From Candidatus Multivoradales bacterium (GTDB taxonomy: Bacteria > Acidobacteriota > Thermoanaerobaculia > Multivoradales > JAHEKO01): 64,000 bases of DNA. The notes under the pieces were generated by a model. That model saw only the letters and a list, made by a program, of their open reading frames with translations, had not been told where the DNA came from and ran no database searches. Positions 27,362 through 35,997 of the stretch are shown here, piece after piece; the first letter of the stretch is position 1, and the number at the start of each line of letters is the position of its first letter. Location: contig OZ243123.1 in assembly GCA_965212505.1 (NCBI GenBank), forward strand, positions 1,617,903 through 1,681,902, given 5' to 3'. The position numbers and the translations under genes are program-made.

Positions 27362-28453
27362 GTGAAACAGCTTCTGCTCGTCGGCGCCGGCCACGCTCAC
27401 GTCGAGGTGATCCGGCGATTCGGCAGGCGACCGCTCGATGGAGTCGAGCTCACCGTGGTCTCGCTCGGGCGGCGACATGTGTACTCGGGCATGCTCCCCG
27501 GCTTCCTGAACGGGACCTATTCCGAACCGGAGATCAGCATCGATGTCGAGAGCCTCGCGCGCCGCGCCGGCGCCACGCTTCGTCTGGCGCGGGCCGTGCG
27601 GCTCGACCGAAGTGAGCGGAGGCTCGAGCTCGCGGACGGGAGCCGCGTTCCCTACGACCTGGTGTCGTTCAATCTCGGCTCGGGCCCGGCCGGTGTCGAG
27701 CTTCCAGGTGTGCGCGAACGGGCGCTACGGCTCAAGCCACTCGGCAATGCGCCGGCGGTCCGGATGGCGCTCTCGGATTCGGCGGTCGGTAGCCGACCCG
27801 CCACCGTGGTTGGTGGAGGGGCGGCCGGCGTCGAGGTGGCCTGCTCGATCGCCGCGATCAGCCCGGAAAGGCCGGTGCGGCTCGTCGAGGCGTCTGACGT
27901 TGTTCTCAGCGGCTACGGAAATCGCTTCCGGAAGCGAGCGTTCGAGGTGCTTTCCGCCAAGGGCGTCGAGCTGCGGACCGGCGCTCGCGTCCAGTCGGTC
28001 GAGAGCGACTCGATCGACCTCGCGGGAGGCGAGCGTCTCGAGTCGTCGGCCACGGTCTGGTTGGCGGGCGCCCGTGCACCCGAGATCTTCCGTGCTTCGG
28101 GCCTCGATACCGACCGCCGCGGCTTCCTCTCGATCGACGATACGCTGCGCCACGTGGCCGATGAGCGCATCTTCGGAGTGGGTGACTGCGCGACCCTGCT
28201 GCAGTACCCCGAGACGCCGAAGGCCGGCGTCTTCTCCGTGAGGCAGGGACCTGTCTTGTGGCGCGGACTCGTCGCGGCGATTCGCGGGATGGAGCCGCCG
28301 ACCTACCGCCCGCAGCGCGATTTCCTGTCGCTCTTGAACACCGCCGACGGCAAGGCGCTCGCGAGCTTTCGGGGCCTCGTGAGCTACGGTCGGCTCGCCT
28401 GGCGGCTCAAGGACGCGATCGATCGCCGGTTCATGAGGAGATATCAGCCGTGA
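27362..28453 (+). CDS. FAD-dependent pyridine nucleotide-disulfide oxidoreductase (similar to SelD N-terminal domain)
   Basis: LLVGAGHAH, YSGMLPG, GGGAAGVE, GDCA, PKAGVFSVRQG, KDAIDRRFM. Confidence 0.85.
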   Translation: MKQLLLVGAGHAHVEVIRRFGRRPLDGVELTVVSLGRRHVYSGMLPGFLNGTYSEPEISIDVESLARRAGATLRLARAVRLDRSERRLELADGSRVPYDLVSFNLGSGPAGVELPGVRERALRLKPLGNAPAVRMALSDSAVGSRPATVVGGGAAGVEVACSIAAISPERPVRLVEASDVVLSGYGNRFRKRAFEVLSAKGVELRTGARVQSVESDSIDLAGGERLESSATVWLAGARAPEIFRASGLDTDRRGFLSIDDTLRHVADERIFGVGDCATLLQYPETPKAGVFSVRQGPVLWRGLVAAIRGMEPPTYRPQRDFLSLLNTADGKALASFRGLVSYGRLAWRLKDAIDRRFMRRYQP

Positions 28454-29208
28454 CCTGGGTGCACTACCTGGCGCTGGTCGCCGCCGGCTTCGGTGCCGGC
28501 TACATCAACACGCTCGCCGGAAGTGGCTCGCTCCTGACCCTTCCGCTGCTGATCTTCCTCGGTCTGCCGGCGCCCGTCGCAAACGGCACGAACCGAGTCG
28601 CGATCCTGCTCCAGAACGTTGTCGGCGTGACGAGCTTCCATCAACGCCGGGTCCTCGACGTGCGCGCCGGACTGTGGCTCGCAGTTCCCGCGATTCTCGG
28701 CTCGATCTTCGGTGCGCGCCTGGCGGTGGAGATCGACGAGGCGGTCCTGCGCACCACGATCGGCGTGCTCATGCTGGTGATGGCCGTGGTCATCGTCGTC
28801 CGTCCCAAACGCTGGTTGAAAGGGCGTGAAGACCACCACCAGGGGCGTCCGAGCGCTCTCCAGTTCCTGGTCTTTTTTGCTATCGGTGTCTACGGCGGCT
28901 TCATTCAGGCTGGTGTGGGGATCTTCCTTCTCGCCGGCCTCGTCCTCGGTGCCGGGTTCGACCTCGTGCGCGCCAATGCCGTCAAGGTCTTCGTCGTTCT
29001 CTGCTTTACGGTCTTCGCCCTCGCCGTGTTTGTCGCCCACGACCAGGTTCGCTGGGACCTCGGCCTGATCCTGGCCCTCGGCAACATGGCCGGCGCCCGG
29101 GTCGCTGCAACCATGGCGGTCGAGCGCGGCGCCAAGTTTGTCCGCTGGGTCCTCGTCGCGGTTGTCGTCACCTCCGGCATCGCCCTCCTCGCCGGAGTTG
29201 GGCGCTAG
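28450..29208 (+). CDS. TauE/SafE-family sulfite exporter
   Basis: AGYINTLAGSGSLLTLP, VANGTNR, GVYGGFIQAGVG; GTGA overlap with upstream gene. Confidence 0.88.
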   Translation: MTWVHYLALVAAGFGAGYINTLAGSGSLLTLPLLIFLGLPAPVANGTNRVAILLQNVVGVTSFHQRRVLDVRAGLWLAVPAILGSIFGARLAVEIDEAVLRTTIGVLMLVMAVVIVVRPKRWLKGREDHHQGRPSALQFLVFFAIGVYGGFIQAGVGIFLLAGLVLGAGFDLVRANAVKVFVVLCFTVFALAVFVAHDQVRWDLGLILALGNMAGARVAATMAVERGAKFVRWVLVAVVVTSGIALLAGVGR

Positions 29209-29281
29209 GTGGTAGATAGCTCACACACAAGCTGGCACGTTCGACCCTCGACATGACTCTCGTTACGAGAGTGGGTCGATA

Positions 29282-29437
29282 GGCGGCAGGAGACGGCACT
29301 GAGCCACAGAGGGTGGGGAGGCAGTGCGGTCTCCCGCCGGCGCGCAGAGGCCCTCGAAAGACGGTCCGAGCACCGCCGGGAGACTGCACGCCCGCCGGGG
29401 CCCCGCCCTCTTTGGCTCAGTGCCGTCTCCTGCCGCC
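29282..29437. repeat. Nested inverted-repeat element (37-bp arms, 35/37 match; inner 13-bp arms), REP/BIME- or MITE-like
   Basis: 29282-29318 GGCGGCAGGAGACGGCACTGAGCCACAGAGGGTGGGG vs reverse complement of 29401-29437; inner GTGCGGTCTCCCG / CGGGAGACTGCAC. Confidence 0.85.
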
Positions 29438-29486
29438 GGCAACTAGTGGTTCCCTCTTCTCCGGGCGATGTAGAATCCCCCTCGCT

Positions 29487-30053
29487 ATGGGATCGATCGA
29501 CGCCAACCAGTGCCGCCCCGGAAGAAAACTCCTCCTCGACGGAGATCTCTACACCGTCCTCGAGCGAGCTCACCACAAGCCCGGCAAGGGTGGCGCCTTC
29601 GTGCGCTTCAAGCTCAAGGGCATCGTCACCGGCAAGGTGATCGACCACACGGTTCGCGCCGGCACCAAGATGGAGTCCGCCGACGTCTCCGTGCAGCCGA
29701 TGCAGTACCTCTACAAAGAGGCTGACGCCTTCGTCTTCATGGACAACGAGACCTACGATCAGTACCACGTGGGTGCCGATCTACTTGGCGACGACGCCGG
29801 CTTCCTGTCCGAGAACGCCGAGGCCGACGTGACCATGTACGAGGGGGCGGCGATCGGCGTACAGCTGCCGCAGAAGATGATTTTCGAAGTTGTCGACACG
29901 ATCGAGAATCCGGCCAAGGGCAACACGGCGACCAACCACACCAAGGACGCGACCATCGAGACCGGCCTGGTGGTGCAGGTGCCTCTGTTCATCAAGACCG
30001 GCGAGAAAATTCGCATCTCGACCGAAGACGGCAAATACGTCGAGCGCGCGTGA
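29487..30053 (+). CDS. efp: Translation elongation factor P
   Basis: HKPGKGGAFVR, MQYLY, FMDNETYDQ, ETGLVVQVPLFI, G.YVERA. Confidence 0.96.
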   Translation: MGSIDANQCRPGRKLLLDGDLYTVLERAHHKPGKGGAFVRFKLKGIVTGKVIDHTVRAGTKMESADVSVQPMQYLYKEADAFVFMDNETYDQYHVGADLLGDDAGFLSENAEADVTMYEGAAIGVQLPQKMIFEVVDTIENPAKGNTATNHTKDATIETGLVVQVPLFIKTGEKIRISTEDGKYVERA

Positions 30054-30093
30054 GCGCCTAGCCAGAGCCGGCCAGAGGCCGCCGGTCTTGCGA

Positions 30094-31368
30094 TCAGGTA
30101 CGTAGCGAGTCCGCAATCTCGAGAGATTCCTGGATCGCTCCGAGCGTCACTCGGAGTCGTTCAGAAGCTTCGCCGGAGGTCGACGCGATTCCACGGAGCG
30201 CCGCGAAGGGTGCCGGGTTGGACCGCGCAAGGCTCGACAGGACCAGCGGGTCGAGCAGTCCCTCTGTGCCCACCGAGACGCGGCAGCACCGAAAGAGATA
30301 CCGGGCGAGGCCGAGGGCGACGTCGGCCAGATACTTGTCCGTGGTGATCAGCGACCCGAGATCCTCCTCCAGGAGCCAGGGTGGCCCGCTGCGGGAGGAC
30401 GCGATCATCGACGAGGTTGCCTCGGATTCGGAGAACTGGGCGCCGGCGGCCTCACAGTAGCTCTTCAACATCGCCAGGGGTTCGGAGAAGAATCTCTCGT
30501 CAGTCTCCAAGGCGTCGTTCACCAGTTCGCGGGCCTCGTCGAAGTCCGGGTAGGTTCTCGGGAACTGCAGGCGAGAGCAGTTCTCTTCCAGGTAGTTGCA
30601 GCGGTCGCGTCCTGCCCCCGGGTCGTGGAATAGCCCCGCCTGGTTGTAGAGCCGCTGCACCTGAATCGGCGGCAGGTGGGCAACGGCGGCGGAGTCCGTG
30701 AGCGCCTCGAGAGTCAAGAGCTTCGCGAAGGAGGTGCTGTAGATCGCCGCCTGGTGGCGCTCATTGAGGGCCAGCGACTCGCCGGAGTCTCTGCACGTTC
30801 TGCACGCGAAGTGCAGGGCGACGAGCGGGTCGAAGGTGAGGTCGATGAAGGTCGTTGGGAAGCCATAGTGTTGGGCGACGGCGGTAGCCGCCGAGAGGCT
30901 CTCGAGGCCTCCCCAGAGCTCGAATCCGACGTCCTTCGCCCGCTGGGTCCATTGCTGGATGAACTTCTGGAAGGCACGCAGTGGAGAGGCTCCGAGGCTT
31001 CGGAGCGATGCGGATTCGACCCGCCAGAGGGAGGGGAGGATCGGCCAGGGTCTCGCCTGCCCCCGGTAGAGCGGACGGTTGCCGTAGAACGTGTCGAAGA
31101 GTTGGGGATCGTCCTTGGCGCGGCTGTCGTCGCGAGCGCCGGAGCGATGGTGTGCCACCAGAAGAAAACAGGCGGCGTGCCACACCGTCGGCGCCTGCAT
31201 CACCAGGCCGCTCCGGCTCTGAGGGTCGGGTTCTTTCCGCTCGACTCTCTCTGCGTGAGCGAGAGCCTTTTGCAGCGTGGCTCGGTCGAGTTCGCCGGCT
31301 GCGAGAGTCTCGAGGAGTTCGAGCACCGTATCGCGGGACTGAGCCGCCTCGAGCGAACGCGTGCTCAT
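30094..31368 (-). CDS. FRG-domain protein
   Basis: YRGQ....PSLWR, AQHYGFPTTFIDLTFDPLVALHFAC, RLYNQAGLF. Confidence 0.8.
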   Translation of the reverse strand: MSTRSLEAAQSRDTVLELLETLAAGELDRATLQKALAHAERVERKEPDPQSRSGLVMQAPTVWHAACFLLVAHHRSGARDDSRAKDDPQLFDTFYGNRPLYRGQARPWPILPSLWRVESASLRSLGASPLRAFQKFIQQWTQRAKDVGFELWGGLESLSAATAVAQHYGFPTTFIDLTFDPLVALHFACRTCRDSGESLALNERHQAAIYSTSFAKLLTLEALTDSAAVAHLPPIQVQRLYNQAGLFHDPGAGRDRCNYLEENCSRLQFPRTYPDFDEARELVNDALETDERFFSEPLAMLKSYCEAAGAQFSESEATSSMIASSRSGPPWLLEEDLGSLITTDKYLADVALGLARYLFRCCRVSVGTEGLLDPLVLSSLARSNPAPFAALRGIASTSGEASERLRVTLGAIQESLEIADSLRT

Positions 31369-31397
31369 CAGACCGTCCTACGGAGCTCTTGAGGCAC

Positions 31398-33128
31398 TCA
31401 ACCCCGAAGCGCTGACAGCACGATCCCAGGCACCCGCCCCAACCCCGGGTCGGCTTCGAGCCGGGTCAACTTCTCACCCACCTCGTGCCCGCGCTTGTGG
31501 GTGACGAACCAGGCCGGCTTCGGGAAGACCCGGAACGGCGTGTGGATGACGGTCTTCTCGGGTTTGTCGAAGAGCAGAGTGTTGTGGACGACCCCGATGC
31601 CGCTCTGGACGTCGTTGAGCGTGTGACCGGGGTAGGCGCCCCAGGTGGTCGAGCCGAGACCGTAGCTGAGCGCGGCCCAGTGGTTGATCGAGATCGACCC
31701 GTAGCGGAGCTCTTCGAGCGCCTGGTCCAGGGCCTTGCCGAGGGTGCGCTCGGTTTTCGGATGGACGATGATGCTGGCGTTCAGGGTGCCGTGCAAGGTC
31801 TCGTTGCAGAAGTCGACGGCCTTCCGGAGGAAGCCGGCCGCGTCCTCGCCATCGAGCGCAGTCTCGGCGGTGATGGGGCAGAACGATTCGTGCTGGAAGG
31901 CTGGGAGATCGGTGTTCGAGGCGTCGAGGTCCGGCATCAGGGCGGGCGGTAACACTCCTGCGCGCCGGCGCCCCAGCACTTCGCTCCCTGGGTGCTCGCG
32001 CAGGAAGCGTTCGTACCGCTCTTCGGCTCCCGGGTAGTAGGCGGGTCGCTCGGGCAGTTCGCGGAGGACCGCTCGCAGGGTGTCGAGAAAGGCGTCCCGT
32101 TGAGCCCAGTCCCGATGGGTGACGATGACCTTGCAGGCGTTGCAGTTGAATCCGCAGTTCTGGAACATCTGCGTCGCCAGATTCTCGGCGTGGAAACGCA
32201 GGTCTGACGCGCTCCAGGCGCCCGGCACGACGATCACGGGACTGACGTTGCCGAGCTCACTGGTGATGCGCTTGTCGAGTCGCGGCTGGTTGCGCCGCTT
32301 CCGCTCCGCACCGTCGTCGCCGGCCCCGAAGACGATGACGTCGTGGGTTCGGGCGCTACCGGTGATGTGAATCTCGTCCACGCCGGGATGGCTGACGAGG
32401 TGTGCGCCCACCTCGGCTCCGCCGTAGACCAGCCGGAAGTAGCCGTCGCGAATGAGTGCGCCAAAGGCGTCCTCGATGAACGGCCCCAGGTATTCGTTGA
32501 CCGGGTTCAGCTTGAGCACGACGACCTGCCCTTCGGCGAAGAGTTTCTGCACGGCGTCGAGGGGGCCGATGCTGGAGACGTTTCCGGCTCCGAGAACGAG
32601 TGCCACCTTGCCACGCGGCGTGGCCTCTCTGTAGAACTCCGCCGTGTGATCGTGGAGCGACTCGCGGGTCACCCCCTCTTGCATCCACACCTCGGCGCGA
32701 AAGCCTCCGTAGAGGAGACGGTCGAGGAGTTCTGCCGGAAAGACGTCGACGGCTACTCGGCCGTTGTCGCGCACTCGGACGTCCTGGTCGTCGATTGGTA
32801 CTTTGCCGGTGTCCCGCAACGACTCCAGAGTGCGGATCATCAGTCGCAGCAGGCGCAAGGAGATGTAGGGGCCGCTCAGCCACTCTTCGCCGCCGGCGGT
32901 GCTTGCGAACGACACTCCCTCCGCGGCGGCTGCGGCTTCGACCTGGCCGCGGGCGACGCGCAGCGTGCCCTCCGCCAGCGACTCGAGATACTCGATCTTC
33001 CGGTCCAGATCGAGCTCCGCCCAGACCTGCTTGCCCGCTTGGAGGTCTTCTATGGCGCGGTCGAGATCCCTTGCCGTCGTCGGCGGCAGGTGCCCCGCGG
33101 TACTCGGACCGTCTGTCACGACTGGCAT
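31398..33128 (-). CDS. Aldehyde dehydrogenase family protein
   Basis: LGAGN, HITGS, SELGNVSP, NCGFNC, ESFCP; ATG 33128. Confidence 0.9.
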   Translation of the reverse strand: MPVVTDGPSTAGHLPPTTARDLDRAIEDLQAGKQVWAELDLDRKIEYLESLAEGTLRVARGQVEAAAAAEGVSFASTAGGEEWLSGPYISLRLLRLMIRTLESLRDTGKVPIDDQDVRVRDNGRVAVDVFPAELLDRLLYGGFRAEVWMQEGVTRESLHDHTAEFYREATPRGKVALVLGAGNVSSIGPLDAVQKLFAEGQVVVLKLNPVNEYLGPFIEDAFGALIRDGYFRLVYGGAEVGAHLVSHPGVDEIHITGSARTHDVIVFGAGDDGAERKRRNQPRLDKRITSELGNVSPVIVVPGAWSASDLRFHAENLATQMFQNCGFNCNACKVIVTHRDWAQRDAFLDTLRAVLRELPERPAYYPGAEERYERFLREHPGSEVLGRRRAGVLPPALMPDLDASNTDLPAFQHESFCPITAETALDGEDAAGFLRKAVDFCNETLHGTLNASIIVHPKTERTLGKALDQALEELRYGSISINHWAALSYGLGSTTWGAYPGHTLNDVQSGIGVVHNTLLFDKPEKTVIHTPFRVFPKPAWFVTHKRGHEVGEKLTRLEADPGLGRVPGIVLSALRG

Positions 33129-33172
33129 TTGCGGTTCAGTATACGAGCAGCGATAGGATTCGGGCCACGACG

Positions 33173-34147
33173 ATGAGACCAAGTACCAAGATCTTTCTGG
33201 TGGCATCGGTAGCAGCCTGGGTGGCCCTCTCGATGCCGATCTCGAGCGCAGCGCAGCCGAGTCCGGCTGTGGAGGCGACGTCGCTGCTCGGTGAGCCGCT
33301 GTCGCGCCCAGAACTACCCAGCGAGTTTCGGGAGAAGCAGACCGATCTTCTGGAGGAGGCTCGGCGGCAGCTCGCAGCCGCACCGGACGATCCGGATGCG
33401 GCGATCTGGGTCGGGAGGCGAACGGCCTACCTCGGTCGATACCGTGAGGCGATCCAGATCTACACCGAAGCGCTCGCGGCGCACCCCCGCTATCCGCACC
33501 TCTATCGGCATCGCGGCCATCGCTACATCACGACGCGGGCCCTCGGGGAGGCGCGCGTCGACCTCGAGCGAGCCGCGCAGCTGACCGAAGGGGCGGAGGA
33601 TCAGGTCGAGCCCGATGGGCTGCCGAACGCCTTCGGAGTGCCCACCAGCACGCTCCAGACCAACATCTGGTACCACCTCGGTCTAGCGCAGTACCTGGAG
33701 GGGGACTTCGAGTTGGCGGCGGCCTCCTATCGACGGTGTCGAGGCCTGGCGGGCAATCCCGACATGGCGGTCGCCGCCTCATATTGGCTCTATCTGTCGC
33801 TGCGCCGCGCGGGCGAGGACGGTGAGGCGGCAGCGATGCTGGCCGAGATCTCTCCCGATCTGGAAATCCTCGAGAACCACGACTACCTTCGACTCCTGCT
33901 GGCCTTCGGCGGCCACGGTGAGGTCGACGCTCTCGTCGACGGCTCTCAGGAGAGCGTCGAGTCGGCGACTCGCGCCTACGGTGTTGGTGCCTGGTACCTC
34001 CTTCGAGGCGAGGCGTCGAAAGCGCGGGAGATATTCGAGCGCATTGTGGCCGGCAGCTCGTGGGCTGCGTTCGGCTACATCGCAGCGGAAGCGGAGCTCA
34101 ACCGCCTGCTCGACTCTTCGTCCGAACAGGGGGGAGCCGGCCGCTGA
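33173..34147 (+). CDS. Secreted tetratricopeptide-repeat protein
   Basis: Signal peptide; TPR-like AYLGRYREAI..Y and IWYHLGLAQYLEGDFE.A. Confidence 0.82.
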   Translation: MRPSTKIFLVASVAAWVALSMPISSAAQPSPAVEATSLLGEPLSRPELPSEFREKQTDLLEEARRQLAAAPDDPDAAIWVGRRTAYLGRYREAIQIYTEALAAHPRYPHLYRHRGHRYITTRALGEARVDLERAAQLTEGAEDQVEPDGLPNAFGVPTSTLQTNIWYHLGLAQYLEGDFELAAASYRRCRGLAGNPDMAVAASYWLYLSLRRAGEDGEAAAMLAEISPDLEILENHDYLRLLLAFGGHGEVDALVDGSQESVESATRAYGVGAWYLLRGEASKAREIFERIVAGSSWAAFGYIAAEAELNRLLDSSSEQGGAGR

Positions 34148-34158
34148 GAGCGGCCGGC
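34136..34158. terminator. GC-rich hairpin (10-bp perfect stem), possible terminator
   Basis: GCCGGCCGCT-GAG-AGCGGCCGGC over the TPR stop codon; no clear U-tract. Confidence 0.45.
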
Positions 34159-34277
34159 GGGGGGAAAGGTCGTATGAGGATAGTTGGTTGGAAGGGCTGT
34201 CCGAGGAATCCGGACAAGGAATGGTCGGTCTGTAGGTGAGTCGCTGTTACTGCTGAAGCGGTTCTCCCAAGACTCAG
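34136..34277 (-). ncRNA. Candidate sigma54-dependent small RNA with repeated CU-rich (anti-SD-like) motifs
   Basis: Lies between convergent genes, downstream of a -24/-12 element, with hairpins at both ends. Confidence 0.4.
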
Positions 34278-34287
34278 TTCTAGCTCT

Positions 34288-34303
34288 AGCACGATGCGTG
34301 CCA
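34288..34303 (-). promoter_or_regulatory. Sigma54 (-24/-12) promoter-like element
   Basis: TGGCACGCATCGTGCT: GG-N10-GC, one mismatch to TGGCACG-N4-TTGCW. Confidence 0.55.
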
Positions 34304-34557
34304 GCGGGGTCTCGGACGCCGCCGAGAGTGCACCCCCGCGCCGGAAGTCACCGTCCCCCGCCAGAATCTCGACCTGGGGAGGTAGGGGAAAGCTGGAATT
34401 CCGGTCGATTTCTGCGAGAGAGCGGCGACGGACGACCGCCGAGCTTCAGAGTGGAGGTTTAGAGGATCGCGTCCGGGAGCATCGGTTCAATGTGCCGGAT
34501 CGGGACGGTGCTCGGCAGTTTTTTGGGGCCCGACGACGAAAAAGTGTCAGTTGAAGC

Positions 34558-34959
34558 TCAGCTCGAAGGCGGCTTCGGAGCGAGCACGAAGGCGTAGAAG
34601 AGCAGTGCGCAACCGATGAGGGCCGGGATCGCACCAACCATCCAGATGGCTTCGTCGTCGATGAACCGTAGCCCGATCATCGTGCCGATTCCCGCCGCGA
34701 AGACGACCAGGCCGCCGACCTTCATCCCTTCGAGCCGGGTGGCCCAACGAGTTGTCGAATCGGCCTGAATCAGCGCGTTGAGCTCGGCCTTGTCTGCGCC
34801 CTTGTCGACCAGCTTCTTGAGCAATTCGTGGCGATAGTGCAGCTCGCGCTCCCGCCGGCGTTGGGACGCCCAGATGGCGACCGCTACGACCGCAAACAGC
34901 GAGACGGTGCCGACGATCGGCAGAAACATGATGACGACGTTGTCGAGATTGGAAACCAT
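34558..34959 (-). CDS. Small 3-TM membrane protein (DUF6249-like)
   Basis: TM, RRRERELHYRHELLKKLVDKG, two further TMs; RBS GGAGG; divergent from ECF sigma. Confidence 0.75.
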   Translation of the reverse strand: MVSNLDNVVIMFLPIVGTVSLFAVVAVAIWASQRRRERELHYRHELLKKLVDKGADKAELNALIQADSTTRWATRLEGMKVGGLVVFAAGIGTMIGLRFIDDEAIWMVGAIPALIGCALLFYAFVLAPKPPSS

Positions 34960-35003
34960 AGTGAACCTCCGAGTCGATGGCGCTTTGCCGTTCTGACCTC
35001 GTA

Positions 35004-35031
35004 GGACGCGCGGCCTGTCGATTCGGTTGCA
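35004..35031 (-). promoter_or_regulatory. ECF promoter TGCAAC-N17-CGTCC driving the membrane protein gene
   Basis: Same boxes and spacing as the plus-strand copy at 35044. Confidence 0.7.
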
Positions 35032-35043
35032 ATCGTGCCGATC

Positions 35044-35071
35044 TGCAACCTCTCGGCTCGAGATCGCGTCC
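35044..35071 (+). promoter_or_regulatory. ECF promoter TGCAAC-N17-CGTCC driving the sigma gene
   Basis: AAC/CGT ECF consensus 25 bp upstream of the sigma start; duplicated divergently. Confidence 0.7.
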
Positions 35072-35095
35072 CACTGATAGAAAGGGTGGGAACCA

Positions 35096-35707
35096 GTGCA
35101 ATCTCACGTGGACAGAGAGCAGGTCGACCGAGTTCTCGCCGGCGACGTCGATGCTTTCGCGGAGATCGTCGACCGCTGGCAGAAGCCGCTGGTGAATCTA
35201 GCCTACCGCTACACCCGCGACGAGGGTCTCGCGGAGGAGCTGGCGCAAGAGGCGTTCTTGAAGGTCTACCGCAGCCTGGGGAAGTGGCGCGGAGACGCCG
35301 CCTTTTCGACCTGGCTGTTTGCGGTGGCGATCAACGTCTATCGCTCTTGGTGCCGTCGCAAGAGGCTGCCGACCGTGCCGCTCGACGCCCTCGACTTTGC
35401 CCTCAGCGGACCGAGTGTCGAGGCGGAGCTCGAAGGGCGCGACCTCGGGGAGCAGGTTCGCGACGCGGTGTTGGCTCTGCCGGCCAAGTACCGCGATGCG
35501 GTCATCTTGTACTACTTCCGCGAGATGGACGTGCGCAGCGCGGCGGCGATGCTGGGCATTGCAGAAGGCACGTTGAAGTCGCATCTGCACCGAGGTCGTA
35601 AACTACTGGCGGAGCGGCTGCCTCAAGCGCCGGCGCAGCCTTCGAATGGAACGGAGCCTGGAACATGGACAGGATCGATCGAATTCTCCTCGCTGAACGG
35701 GAGCTGA
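35096..35707 (+). CDS. ECF RNA polymerase sigma factor
   Basis: GDVDAFAEIV, AEELAQEAFLKVY, FSTWLF, GIAEGTLKSHLHRGRK. Confidence 0.93.
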   Translation: MQSHVDREQVDRVLAGDVDAFAEIVDRWQKPLVNLAYRYTRDEGLAEELAQEAFLKVYRSLGKWRGDAAFSTWLFAVAINVYRSWCRRKRLPTVPLDALDFALSGPSVEAELEGRDLGEQVRDAVLALPAKYRDAVILYYFREMDVRSAAAMLGIAEGTLKSHLHRGRKLLAERLPQAPAQPSNGTEPGTWTGSIEFSSLNGS

Positions 35708-35997
35708 ACCCCGGCGCAAACTTCCGAGCGCGCGTTATGGAAGAGGTGCGCCTCGAGAGCGAAGCGCCACCTATCCCGTTCCCCTGGAGACCGTTCCTGT
35801 GGGGCTTCGTTGGCCTACCGACCGCGCTGTTGGCGGTCCTGTGGTGGTTCGAACCGGCTCTGGCGCTTCCCGAAGGCGGAACCCTCGAGCGCCTGCTCGA
35901 ACTGTCGGTCCACCCGGCCCTGGCGTTGGCCTCGACCGCACTACTGGCGACCTGGCTGCTCGCCTTCTGCTCGTATCGACTGTTGGTCGAGGACTAG
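35665..35997 (+). CDS. Small 2-TM putative anti-sigma factor
   Basis: P..NFRARVM N-terminal motif, two TMs, overlaps sigma 3' end. Confidence 0.65.
   Translation: MDRIDRILLAERELNPGANFRARVMEEVRLESEAPPIPFPWRPFLWGFVGLPTALLAVLWWFEPALALPEGGTLERLLELSVHPALALASTALLATWLLAFCSYRLLVED

Noticed and set aside
29234-29249. TGGCACG, possible sigma54 -24 box upstream of efp
   Set aside because: No GC at the -12 position
34148-34557. Gap as tmRNA, RNase P RNA, SRP RNA or tRNA
   Set aside because: No tRNA-like ends, no GAGGAAAGTCC or SRP loop signature; kept only as an sRNA candidate
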